From the NCBI GenBank assembly GCA_963843575.1, contig CAWJKZ010000027.1, forward strand, positions 32,001 to 96,000: a stretch of DNA of 64,000 nucleotides. The letters are read 5' to 3'. Under the pieces are notes generated by a model that saw nothing but the letters and a program-made list of their open reading frames with translations, searched no databases and was not told the DNA's origin. Below, piece after piece: positions 9,509-19,318 of the stretch. Source of the stretch: an uncultured Acidobacteriota bacterium (GTDB lineage: Bacteria; Acidobacteriota; UBA6911). The translations under genes were made by a program, and so were the position numbers. Position 1 is the first letter of the stretch. Each line of letters begins with the position of its first letter.

Positions 9509-10739
9509 CAGGCATCCGGCTGGACCGCGCCGCGCGTCAGGATGAAGCCCCTCGCCGAGAGGCGGAACCGGACCTCCATCGACGACCGGGTCGATCCCGC
9601 CCTCCGCCCCGCCCCACGCGGCCTCCGAGGGCGCCAGGATCGTCGAAGAAACCCTCGCCCGCATACGGTGCGCCCGCCAACGGGGGCGCCCGGTCGTGCT
9701 GGTGTTCGGCGCGCACACGATCAAGAACGGCCTCGGCCCGGTGCTCATCGCGCTCATGGAGGGCGGCTGGCTCACGCACCTGGGGACCAACGGCGCCGGG
9801 ATCATCCACGACTGGGAGTTCAGCTTCCTCGGGCCAGACCAGCGAGCACGTGCGCGAAAACGTCCGCGCGGCACGTTCGGCAACTGGGAGGAAACGGGGT
9901 TCTACATCAACCTGGCGATCAACGTCGGCGCGTGGGAAGGCCGCGGCTACGGCGAGTCGGTCGGGGCGCTGATCGAAAACGAAGCGCTGACCGTCCCTTC
10001 CACCCGGGAGCTGACCGCACAATCCCGCGCCCTGCTGGATACCGACCCCGAACAGGCTGCGGCCGCCGCCGACCTGCTCGCCGTCGTGCGCCGGTTCGAC
10101 CTCAAGCCCGGCCGCCTGTCCGTGGCGCACCGCTGGAAGCAATACAGCGCCCAGGCTGCGGCCTTCCGGCTCGGCATCCCCTTCACCGCCCACCCGATGA
10201 TCGGCCACGACGTCATCTACACCCACCCGATGAATCACGGCGCCTCCCTCGGGAGGGCGGCTCTGCGCGATTTTCTGACCTTCGCGGGGACGATACGGGA
10301 TATCGAGGACGGCGTCTACCTGTCGATCGGATCGGCGGTGATGTCGCCCATGGTGTTCGAAAAGTCGCTCTCGATGGCGCAGAACCTCGCTGCCCAGGAA
10401 GGGCGCGCCATCCGGAACCACTACATCCTGGTGGTCGACCTGGCCGAGTCGTCCTGGGACTGGAGCAAGGGCGAACCGCCCGAGAACGATCCGGCGTACT
10501 ACCTGCGCTACAACAAGAGCTTCAGCCGCATGGGCGGGACGATGCGCTACCTCCGCATGGACAACCGCGACTTCCTCCTGCACCTGCACCACGGTCTCGG
10601 CTCGAAAGTGGGCCGCGGCGGCTCGACGCCGCCCGGTGGCGGCGCCTCGGCGGCACCAAAGGCCGAGGTTGCAGGGTCGCCTTTCGCAATTCGGCGAGGC
10701 GCCGCACTCCAGATTCGGATGCAGTTTTGCCATCGCTAG
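9505..10739 (+). CDS. Deoxyhypusine-synthase-like uncharacterised protein (frameshifted; C-terminal tail overlaps REP-like repeats)
   Basis: ATGA overlap with the upstream stop; FGAHTIKNGLG, TNGAGIIHDWE, HPMIGHDVIYTHP, SIGSAVMSPMVFEK. Confidence 0.7.
10614..10710. repeat. REP-like family A doublet
   Basis: GCGGCGGCTCGACGCCGC (identical to 7421) … GGCGCCGCACTCC. Confidence 0.65.
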
Positions 10740-10766
10740 GTGCGACAGTTGCCGAACAGGGGAGAT

Positions 10767-13511
10767 CTAATCCCGTCCGGGCTGAAGCCCGGACTCACTT
10801 GTTTTGCGGCTGCGGAGTGTCGAGCGCACCTCGAATTCCGTCGCTTGTCCCGGGACGAGCGGGTACCGGGCCAGGCCCGCGCGGCGGTGGCGGCTCGCGC
10901 ATCGTCTCCAGCGAGACCGCGTCGCCGGCCGGGAACAGGACGCTCGCGGACAATTCCTTCGGGGAGCGAGATCCTGTACCGCCGCCTGGACGGCCCCCCC
11001 TCGACGGAGAAGTCTATCGGACCGCGGACGGTTCGGGCCGTCAGCCGGAGAGTGCGCAGGTCGCCCGGCTGCGGCCTGATCTCTGCGCCGATTGAATCCG
11101 GGCTCCAGCGGCCGGATCCCGGCCAGGTTCATGTAGGCGACATACAGCGGGCACGACCGCGCAGTGGCTCCACTGCGAGCCGGAATCGGGTCGCGCGATC
11201 CAATCCTCCTGGATCGTGTTGTTCTGCAGGACCGAGGCGAGCGTGGTCCAGCGCTGCCGCAGGTCGGCCAGAGCCACGTCCCCCCGGCCCGCCTCGGCCA
11301 GGGCCCACAGGCGCCACCCTGCGTTGGCCGGGTACGACAGGCCCATTTCCGCGTGGGCACTCGGCCAGAGACGCGCGCGCCGGGCTCGATCCGGCCGCCG
11401 GGGCACTGCCCAAACAGGATCGACGTCGCGATCGGAACGGTCGCACATGCGCACCCGCCCTTCGCTCCGGCCCCACGGGCGGTTCGCCACAAACACGCGC
11501 CGGTCGGGATCCCAGAATCGCGCGACCGCCGCCTCCAGCAGCGAGGCGCCGAAATCGTCTCGGCGTCGCGCGCGTTGCGCTCGTCCCCGAACGCCCGGGC
11601 GATCGGGGCGAACGCGCAGCGCATCATGGCCGCGGCATACAGGTTGAAGGCGCACTGCTTGTGCCGCTGCTCGAGGTAGGCCTGGTGGTCGATCCAGACC
11701 GCGGGCGTGCCGAGATCCTCGACCGGGAGGAGCCCGTCGCGCCTCGGCAGGCGCGAGAGGTAGTCGAGGAAACGCACGAGCCGCGGATAGGGCTCGCGCA
11801 GGGCCGCGAGGTCTCCCGTGTACAGGTAGTGGTGCCAGCAGTCGAAGTTGAAACCCACGCCGTGGTCCAGCAACGGGCCCCAGCTCGTCAGGCTGACCTC
11901 GCGTTCCATCACACGGGCCAGGCGGTCGAAGGCGGGCCAGCAATCGAGAAAGAAACCCTGCAGGGTCATGCCCTCGCTGAAGGTGCGCAGGTAGCGCGCG
12001 GGAAGCCGCCACTCTCCGCAGCCCGCGTATATCGCATGGATCTGGTGCCCGCAGTCGCCGCTGTACTGCTGCCGTTCGCGACCCATGCCGTCGACGATGG
12101 TCTCCTGCGCCGAGTTGTCGAGCGTGTTGACGCACGCCCCGAGCAGCCGGTTGAGGGCGGCGTCCGAGGTGGCGACGTCCGGCCGCGCGGGCCACGGGTA
12201 GACCCTGCGCCTGACGCCGACGCCGCCGACGGAGACCGGGCGGTCGAACCCGCGCAGGTGCAGCTGCATCCAGCGCAGGGACTCGTAGTCGAAGGTTTCG
12301 AATCGATTGAGCCCCTCCCGGCAGACGAAGCGCGTCCAGCTGAAATGATGTGTGTCGAGCCAGCGGGGTCCGGTTGGGGCGTGCGACTCCTGCGTCATCA
12401 GCTCCACGACCGTCCCTGCGGGCGCGTCGATCGTAAAATGGGGCCACCCCACGATCTGTTCCGTGAACTCGAATGTGAGCGCCGCGGACTTTCCCGCCAC
12501 CGGGTCGATCCGCCAGGATTTCCCCTCGGCGGCCGCCGCGTCGCCCCCGCCGTCGATCTCAAAGGAGCCGGGCGTCTGGCAATCGAAGTATTCCTCGGGC
12601 GGCCTGGACCAGCGCAACCGAAAAGAATCCGAAAGCCGGGCTGCCGGAACTTCAGCTTCGAGCAGCGCCGGGATCTGGCGCGGTCTCAGGAAGCAGACCG
12701 CGCGCTCGCCCCGTGTGTCCATCGAGTAGTCCGTATAGCTCGAGCAGACGGACGGCTTGTCGGCAGGGCAGTCCAGCACCTGCGCCGGCAGCCAGTCGGA
12801 GTCGGGCGCGAAATCGGCTCGGTCCCAGCCTTCCGGGTGGAGCCGAGCGTCGAATTCCTCCTGCAGGGCCCTGAGGTACCAGCGCCGATAGTGGCCCGCG
12901 CGCCACGCCTTCGCCAGGCAGCAACGCCACTGTGCGTCGGACGCGATCACGATGCGCCCGCCGTCGGAACCCTCGAGTTCGAGCCTGAAGATGAAGCCGG
13001 GTTTCCCGATCGGCCAGGTGCCGTCGCCGGATCCGTAGAACAGCACGGTGGCGCCGATGACGTTGCGGCCCGGGCGCAGCCGCGGCGCAAGGTCGACCGG
13101 GTCCACGTCGGGCCAGCGCGGGTCCGAGGGGGCCGGCCCCCACTGCACGCGTTCGCCGTTGACCGTCAGGAAATACCGGCTGTCGGCGGTGACCCACCCG
13201 CGGGCGGCACGGATCCCCGGCGGGACATCGATCACACGGCGAAACAGGACAAACGTATTGGGCAGACAGCGCCCCGAGGGATACCAGAGCCACTGGGCGG
13301 GCGCGAGGTCGATCCTGGTGGGCCCCGGTTCCGGCTGCGGCACCACCACGGCGGCCTGGCCCGTTCCAAGGCATCCGAAACCCGACAGCCCGCCCCCCGC
13401 GCCCAGCGCCGTGCCCGCAAGGAACTCGCGCCGGGACAACGTCGTCTCGGTAATCCCCGGCATCCCGCGCATCTCCTCGGCGGAGTCTTCATGTTTTTTC
13501 ACGGTTTCCAC
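10767..13511 (-). CDS. Tat-exported alpha-L-rhamnosidase-like glycoside hydrolase (GH78), frameshifted near the 3' end
   Basis: SRREFL Tat motif; ADSRYFLTVNG N-terminal domain; VDGMGRERQQYSGD; TIQEDW...SQWSHCA in an alternate frame. Both ends are approximate. Confidence 0.8.
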   Translation of the reverse strand: METVKKHEDSAEEMRGMPGITETTLSRREFLAGTALGAGGGLSGFGCLGTGQAAVVVPQPEPGPTRIDLAPAQWLWYPSGRCLPNTFVLFRRVIDVPPGIRAARGWVTADSRYFLTVNGERVQWGPAPSDPRWPDVDPVDLAPRLRPGRNVIGATVLFYGSGDGTWPIGKPGFIFRLELEGSDGGRIVIASDAQWRCCLAKAWRAGHYRRWYLRALQEEFDARLHPEGWDRADFAPDSDWLPAQVLDCPADKPSVCSSYTDYSMDTRGERAVCFLRPRQIPALLEAEVPAARLSDSFRLRWSRPPEEYFDCQTPGSFEIDGGGDAAAAEGKSWRIDPVAGKSAALTFEFTEQIVGWPHFTIDAPAGTVVELMTQESHAPTGPRWLDTHHFSWTRFVCREGLNRFETFDYESLRWMQLHLRGFDRPVSVGGVGVRRRVYPWPARPDVATSDAALNRLLGACVNTLDNSAQETIVDGMGRERQQYSGDCGHQIHAIYAGCGEWRLPARYLRTFSEGMTLQGFFLDCWPAFDRLARVMEREVSLTSWGPLLDHGVGFNFDCWHHYLYTGDLAALREPYPRLVRFLDYLSRLPRRDGLLPVEDLGTPAVWIDHQAYLEQRHKQCAFNLYAAAMMRCAFAPIARAFGDERNARDAETISAPRCWRRRSRDSGIPTGACLWRTARGAGAKGGCACATVPIATSILFGQCPGGRIEPGARVSGRVPTRKWACRTRPTQGGACGPWPRRAGGTWLWPTCGSAGPRSPRSCRTTRSRRIGSRDPIPARSGATARSCPLYVAYMNLAGIRPLEPGFNRRRDQAAAGRPAHSPADGPNRPRSDRLLRRGGAVQAAVQDLAPRRNCPRASCSRPATRSRWRRCASRHRRAGLARYPLVPGQATEFEVRSTLRSRKTSESGLQPGRD
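10775..10794. repeat. REP-like family B palindrome
   Basis: GTCCGGGCTGAAGCCCGGAC. Confidence 0.75.
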
Positions 13512-13520
13512 ACTCCTTGG

Positions 13521-14444
13521 TTACCTCGGGACATAGCTCCGGCGGGCGTTGATCGTGTATTTTCCGCCAGGGATGGCCACCTCGATGCGGCGGGGTTTGG
13601 CGTCGCCCTCTTTGATCTCGGTCTGATACGCAAGCGCGTAGTAATTCTTGAGCGAATACGCGATCGTTCGGCACACGCCGGTGATGTCCGCCGTCTCAGC
13701 CGGGAACTGCCGGCCTCCCGACTCGCGCATCAACTGCCTCCGGCTGATCTCGTCGCCGCCCAGCGAGACGAGCATGGCCGCTTTGTTGCCGAACCCCAGA
13801 GTCAGCAACGTGCAACCCGATTCCTGCACGTGCTCCACCGTGGCGGGCCCCAGACCGAGGAATCGATTGGAAATCACCAGCAAAGCCTTCTTCGGGTGGC
13901 GCGATCCGCGCAACTCAGCCAGGGCGAGGTCGATGGCCAGGGCCGTCGGCGGCACCCCGCCGAACAACCTTTTTAGGAGCCCTCCCGAGCCATGGGACGG
14001 GACCGAGATGTTCTCGAGGGCTTCGATCATAGGCGCACGATCGATCGTGAACCGCACCTCCAGTTGGGCGTCCGCTCTGCCCAGCGTAAACAGGCAGATA
14101 TCGTCGTCGCGGCCGAGCAAGTGAATGAGTTCGAAGACGAATTCCTTCGCCACGTTGAGCTTTTCGAGCGCGATCGCGCTCGTGTCGAGCACGGTGGCGA
14201 GGCTGACCGGTCGGTCGCTCAAACGCGCGAAGTTCGTGATAGCCACGGGCCTGCCATTTTCCTTGACCACGAAATCTTCCCGTGCGAGACCCTGCACCGG
14301 ATTTCCGGTCGCGTCGAGCACTTCCGCATCGACCGAGACCACCGAGACGCGCGCATTGAATTGAGGCTGGGTCTGATCCTGTGGTGAGGGAATGGCCTGA
14401 GTCGACAACAGCAGGCAGAGCGAGATCGGCAGCCACAAGCGCAT
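13521..14444 (-). CDS. Acidobacterial VWA-domain protein
   Basis: Signal peptide; VSVDAEVLD..GNPVQGL.REDFVVKENG, VLDTS, KKALLVIS, ESGG, YALAY; the MIDAS motif is degenerate. Confidence 0.85.
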   Translation of the reverse strand: MRLWLPISLCLLLSTQAIPSPQDQTQPQFNARVSVVSVDAEVLDATGNPVQGLAREDFVVKENGRPVAITNFARLSDRPVSLATVLDTSAIALEKLNVAKEFVFELIHLLGRDDDICLFTLGRADAQLEVRFTIDRAPMIEALENISVPSHGSGGLLKRLFGGVPPTALAIDLALAELRGSRHPKKALLVISNRFLGLGPATVEHVQESGCTLLTLGFGNKAAMLVSLGGDEISRRQLMRESGGRQFPAETADITGVCRTIAYSLKNYYALAYQTEIKEGDAKPRRIEVAIPGGKYTINARRSYVPR

Positions 14445-14636
14445 AACCCTCGAGCACGGCACCTTGGCGCCGATTCCCCCCTGCGTCGCGCGCCCGAAAC
14501 ACCCGGCACCTCGGCCCGCCCCGAAAGGGCCGTCTGCGCCGGGTTTTCGAGCGGGAAGCCTTCGCCGTCGCATGAGCCCCTGAGAGCCTCGGAGGTCAAG
14601 CACCAGAGGTCAACTCAGGGGCTCAGAGAGAACCGA

Positions 14637-14686
14637 AGTGCGGCGGGACGAGACCGGATCAGTCCGCGAGCCGGCCGCCGCACTCC
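14637..14686. repeat. REP-like family A hairpin
   Basis: AGTGCGGCGG … CCGCCGCACTCC inverted repeat. Confidence 0.6.
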
Positions 14687-14690
14687 ATGG

Positions 14691-16127
14691 CTATCCCAAC
14701 TTGGGGACGACGAAGGGCGCACGGTATTCCCGGGTGAGCAGCTTGTCGGCTTCGGGGTCGTTGACGAACCTCTCCGTCGTGCCGTTGAACTTGAGTTCCC
14801 GGCCCAACCGGTAGGAGATGTTGCCGAGCGACGGGAGCACGCTAGAGCGATAGCCGACCTCGATGTCGCACGACAGATCGGCTTGCTTGCCGGCTCGGAC
14901 GGCCGCGATGAAATTCCCGAAGTGCCCGCCCATGCCCGAGCCGATTGTGCTCAGGGTGTCGGAGGCTTCTTCCTCAATGTTCTTGGAGTCGGGGCCGGGT
15001 TCGCCCTTGCGCCCCAGGAAAGTGCGCCAGTTGCCGTCGGCGTCGATTTCCAGCCACCCCTCGCTGCCGTAGAACACGTTGCCGATCTTCACGGTCCCTT
15101 CGGCGTTGGTCACCAGGCCCCGCGTGGCGAATTCGAGCACGGCGCCGTCCGCGTACTCGAAGGTGCTGGTCTGCGTGTTGGGCGTGTTTTGCGCCGAGTC
15201 GGTGTAGATGTACAGCCCGCCGAACGACCGGACCTTGACGGGGTAGTCCTCCTTGTTGAGACCCCACCGGGCGATGTCGAACTGGTGCGGGCCCTGGTTG
15301 CCCGTATCGCCATTGCCGTACTCCCACTGCCAATGCCAGTTGTAGTGGAAACGGTTGCGGTTGAACGGGAGTTTGCGCGCCGGCCCGATCCACTGGTCGT
15401 AGTGAACCTTGTCCAGGTACGCCTGCGTGTAGGAGGGCATGTCGCCCCCTTCCTTCGTCAGGGTGAACTTCTCGCCCGCGGCCATCGGGCCGTCCGGGTA
15501 GCGCCCGATGTCGCCGCGCGGCTTGAAGCAGAGCCCGCGGGCCATGTAGATCTTACCGAGTTTGCCGCTGTGCAGGAGCTTTATGGCCGCCCGCGTCGTG
15601 AGACGGGACCGATTCTGGAAACCGACCTGGACCAGGACATTGTTTTTGCGGGCCGCGTGCACCATCTGGCGCCCTTCCCACACACCCCAGCAGGCCGGCT
15701 TTTCGACATAAACATGCTTCCCGGCCTGGCAGGCCCAGATCGTGCCGAGCGCGTGCCAGTGGTTCGGAATCGCGAAAGTCACGGCGTCGATGTCCTTGTC
15801 CTCGAATACCCGACGCATGTCCCATTCCGTCTTGGGTGCGTACCCGTGCTTCCCCTGCAGGTACTTTAGTCTCTCGGGGTAGAGGTTCTCGTCGATGTCG
15901 CAGAGCGTCTTGATCTGGACGTTCGGGACGCGGGCAAATCCCTGGATGTGCCCGTACCCCTGCCCTCGTATGCCGATGATGGCCAGGTTGACCCGGTCGT
16001 TGGCGCCCAGGACCTTCCTGGGAGCCTGTGCGGACTGCGCCTTGTTGGCCAGGATCGTCCCGGCCGCCGCCGTCAGCGCCGTGTCGCGAAGGAAGCTCCT
16101 TCGGCTGATACCGTCTTGAACCGCCAT
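14691..16127 (-). CDS. Tat-exported Gfo/Idh/MocA oxidoreductase
   Basis: SRRSFL, GANDRVNLAIIG, PNHWHA, GKHVYVEKP, GNQGPHQFD. Confidence 0.92.
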   Translation of the reverse strand: MAVQDGISRRSFLRDTALTAAAGTILANKAQSAQAPRKVLGANDRVNLAIIGIRGQGYGHIQGFARVPNVQIKTLCDIDENLYPERLKYLQGKHGYAPKTEWDMRRVFEDKDIDAVTFAIPNHWHALGTIWACQAGKHVYVEKPACWGVWEGRQMVHAARKNNVLVQVGFQNRSRLTTRAAIKLLHSGKLGKIYMARGLCFKPRGDIGRYPDGPMAAGEKFTLTKEGGDMPSYTQAYLDKVHYDQWIGPARKLPFNRNRFHYNWHWQWEYGNGDTGNQGPHQFDIARWGLNKEDYPVKVRSFGGLYIYTDSAQNTPNTQTSTFEYADGAVLEFATRGLVTNAEGTVKIGNVFYGSEGWLEIDADGNWRTFLGRKGEPGPDSKNIEEEASDTLSTIGSGMGGHFGNFIAAVRAGKQADLSCDIEVGYRSSVLPSLGNISYRLGRELKFNGTTERFVNDPEADKLLTREYRAPFVVPKLG

Positions 16128-16286
16128 AAAATCCTCCTGTATGTCATACACTTTTAGCACAAACACCCCGCGCGGAGCTTGATTATTCAGCTTCGGAGCC
16201 GCCGGCGGAAACGCCGGGCGCGGCGCTCTTGAAAACCGGGCATTCAGGGGCTGATCCCGGCAGTATAATCGCTTGCGAGGACGCCG

Positions 16287-17186
16287 ATGCGCAACTGCCG
16301 ACCGATCCTGCTCCTGCTCTTCTTTGCCCTGGTCGCCGCCGCACACTTCGGGGCCTCCGGGCAGCCGGGAGTGCGAAAAAGGCAGATCGTCCGCCAGATC
16401 GACCGCATCCTCGTGGAATCGACGGACCCCCGGGAACTTTACGACCTTTTCACCGGTCCACTCCAGCTCCCGGTTTCCTGGCCTCTGGGTGAAAGCAACG
16501 GCTTCATCAGTGGTGGTTTCGGCACCGGGAACCTCAGTATTGAGGTGTTTCGCTCCGCTTCGACCACCCCGGCGAGGTCCGGGCACCGCCGTGCGCAGTT
16601 TGCGGGGCTGGCCTTCGAGCCATACGCGCCGGTCGCGGAGGTCCTGCCGGAGATGGAGACCGCGGAAGTCGCCCACGGCGGGCTGGAACCTTACGTCTCG
16701 ACGCTGCCTGACCGGTCCCAGGGCGTCGTCTGGACTACCGTCGTCCTCGAAGGCCTGGCCGCTCCCGGGATGCGCGTTTTCCTCTTCCAGTACAGCCCGG
16801 CATTCCTTAACGTGCACGTCCGGCGGAACCAGCTGGCGGGCCAACTCGCCCTCAGGAAAGGGGGACCGCTCGGCATCGTCTCCGTTTCGGAAACCGTCAT
16901 CGGCACGCCGGACCTGAAAAACGACACCGCGCGGTGGCAGAGACTACTCCCCGCAGCCGACGGTCCCGGACTGTGGAAGCCAGGCAGCGGACCCGCGCTG
17001 CGGCTGGTCGCCGACAGGGAGACCCGCATCCGTCGCGTCGTGTTCGAAGTGAGGTCCCTCGAGCAGGCGCGAGCCTATCTCGCAAAGAACAAGCTGCTCG
17101 GCCCCGGCTCCGCCGGTCAGATCAATATCGAGCCCGCACGGGTCCAAGGCCTGAGCATTCGCCTCACGGCCGCGCAGGAACGCTGA
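16287..17186 (+). CDS. Secreted hypothetical protein, VOC/glyoxalase-like repeats
   Basis: Signal peptide; IDRILV...LQLPVSWP...GNLSIEV pattern with a weak second repeat. Confidence 0.65.
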   Translation: MRNCRPILLLLFFALVAAAHFGASGQPGVRKRQIVRQIDRILVESTDPRELYDLFTGPLQLPVSWPLGESNGFISGGFGTGNLSIEVFRSASTTPARSGHRRAQFAGLAFEPYAPVAEVLPEMETAEVAHGGLEPYVSTLPDRSQGVVWTTVVLEGLAAPGMRVFLFQYSPAFLNVHVRRNQLAGQLALRKGGPLGIVSVSETVIGTPDLKNDTARWQRLLPAADGPGLWKPGSGPALRLVADRETRIRRVVFEVRSLEQARAYLAKNKLLGPGSAGQINIEPARVQGLSIRLTAAQER

Positions 17187-17263
17187 CGGCCGGCTCCGAG
17201 AGTCACGGCAGGGCAGGATCATCCTGCAGGTCCGCCTGCCGGCTTGAATGACGGAGAATCCAG

Positions 17264-19203
17264 ATGAACGTATGCCCGGGCTTCCTCGCCTTTGTCGCCG
17301 CGGTCTCGCTGGCTGTCTTCCAGGATCCCCTGCACGCGGCCTTTCCCCAAGTCCACCCCGGACACCCGCGCCTGTTCTTTCGCGCGCAGCCCTGGAATGC
17401 GAGGGGCCTGACGCTGGACGTGCTGCGGCAACGCGCGCAGGCGCCCGGCGCCCGGCGCGTACTCGACGAGTTGGCGCCTTCCCCGCCCAACCTGGCGCTG
17501 CGCAGCCTTCTGCTCGGCGACGACTCGGCCGCCCGACGCGCGGTGGACGGCCTGCAGGAAGCGGTGCGCTGGAGCGAGATCACCACCGACGAAGGGATCG
17601 AGGTGGGCTGGCGCGCCATGGCGTACGACTGGCTTTACGGCCACTCCTATTTCACCCCCGAGAGAAAAGCGCGGGCGGCGCAGAACATCGCCGACGCGGC
17701 CGACAGGCTGCGCGAAGAGCTGGACCACGGCGGGGCTCACATTTTCCACACCCGCATGTACGGGTGGGCCATGGGGATCACCCTCGCGGGCCTTGCCCTC
17801 TGTGGGGACCACCCCAGGGGGAAGCGCTGGCGTCGTACGGCAGCGCATATTTCACCTCGAAGCTTTTCCCGGCACGCCAACTGCAGGACGGCACCGTCCA
17901 CAACGGCTTTGGGTATGGCAGAAAGTACACGATGTGGGCCACCGCTCACTTCATTTCGTGCTGGCTGTCCGCGACAGGCCGGGACCTCTGGCAGGACATC
18001 GCCGAAAACCAGGATGATTGGGCGCGGCGAGAAACACTGTTCCTGTACTACGGCCGATACCCGGACAGGACGTACCTCAGGTTCGGCGACAGCTACAGCA
18101 TCAAGTCGGACGACTACACCTTCAGGGCAATCGCCGAGCGCACCTGGGGCTATGGTGACCCCGTTGGGGCGGCGATCCTGCACCGGCTCGTCCGCGAGAA
18201 CGACGGCAAGGTGGTCGAAGGCCCCTCCGGGTACGTCTACCTCCTCTTTTACGACCCGCAGCAGGGCGGAACCGCCCTCGACACGCTCCCAACCAAGGCG
18301 TTGTTCAGCCGGTCGGGCACCGGCATGGTCGTCTGGAAAAGCGGCTGGAAGCCCGAGGACACCACCGTCTTCTTCAAGTGCGGTAATTACTTCGACGACC
18401 ACGGGCACTTCGATCAGGGCCACCTCGACGTATTCCGCCGCTCGATGTTGCTGCTCGACAGCGGGGCGTACCTGACGTTCGATGGGGCGTTTCGCACCGA
18501 GTACTGGCACCGGTCCGTGGCCCACAACACCGTCCTGATCGTCGATCCCGCGATTCCGGGCGACGAGGGGGGACAGCGCGTGTTCCACAGCCAGACCGAC
18601 GGATCGATGCAGGAATACCTGGCCAACCGGCTTGCGGAGACCGGCGAGATCCTCGACTATCGCGAGACCGCTGGGCTGACCTACGTCGCAGGCGATTTCA
18701 CGGCTGCCTATCCGGCAGACCGTGTCGAGAGGGTGACCCGCGAACTGGCATTCGTGGACGATCGGTATCTTGCGGTCCTGGATCGGGTCACAACCCGCCG
18801 CCCCGGATTGCGGCCGACCGTGCTCTGGCACACCCCCGTCGCTCCCCGTATCGAGACCCGTGGGACCCGGTTCGTCGCCGGAAGAAACGGCTCCAGGGTG
18901 GTCCTCACGGCGCTGCTCCCCTCGGAGGCACGGATGGAGTGGGTTGGGGGATTCGTCGCGGGAGGGAGAACGATTAAGGCCGAAGGAAGGCTGAAGCCCG
19001 AAATGGACATGGGCGCCGGACGGGTGGAGGTAGCGGGGCGGGACGCGGCAACGCGTAACCATCTTTTTCTGCACGTCCTGGATATCGCCGACGATTCCGA
19101 TCCGCCCGGGCGGGTGCGCGCGTCTGCCGACTCGAAACGCATTCGCGTGACGATCGGAAAACGGGAACTCACCTTCGACGCCTCCAACCCCGGCCTCCGG
19201 TAG
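17264..19203 (+). CDS. Heparinase II/III-family (polysaccharide lyase-like) protein, frameshift near 17820
   Basis: HPRLFF and AMAYDWLY in ORF 17264; FGD, HGHFDQGH, LLDSGAY, SVAHNTVLI in ORF 17248. Confidence 0.82.
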
Positions 19204-19318
19204 CGCAGACCCAAGCCAGGACCGCAGGGGACACCTCACATTACTTTTGCCTGCAAGACCGTGCTGCTGTAGCATTGGCGGCTCGCGCCGTCTGTTTTTG
19301 CATGGAAAGGAATACCCG

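Noticed and set aside
10740-13976. 1078-aa plus-strand ORF and other long antisense ORFs (e.g. 52242..54212, 47754..49586, 17737..19470)
   Set aside because: Shadow ORFs opposite well-supported genes in high-GC DNA, with no motifs.
14691-16844. 717-aa extended oxidoreductase ORF
   Set aside because: The true start is at 16127 (RBS and Tat motif); the extension overlaps the divergent gene.
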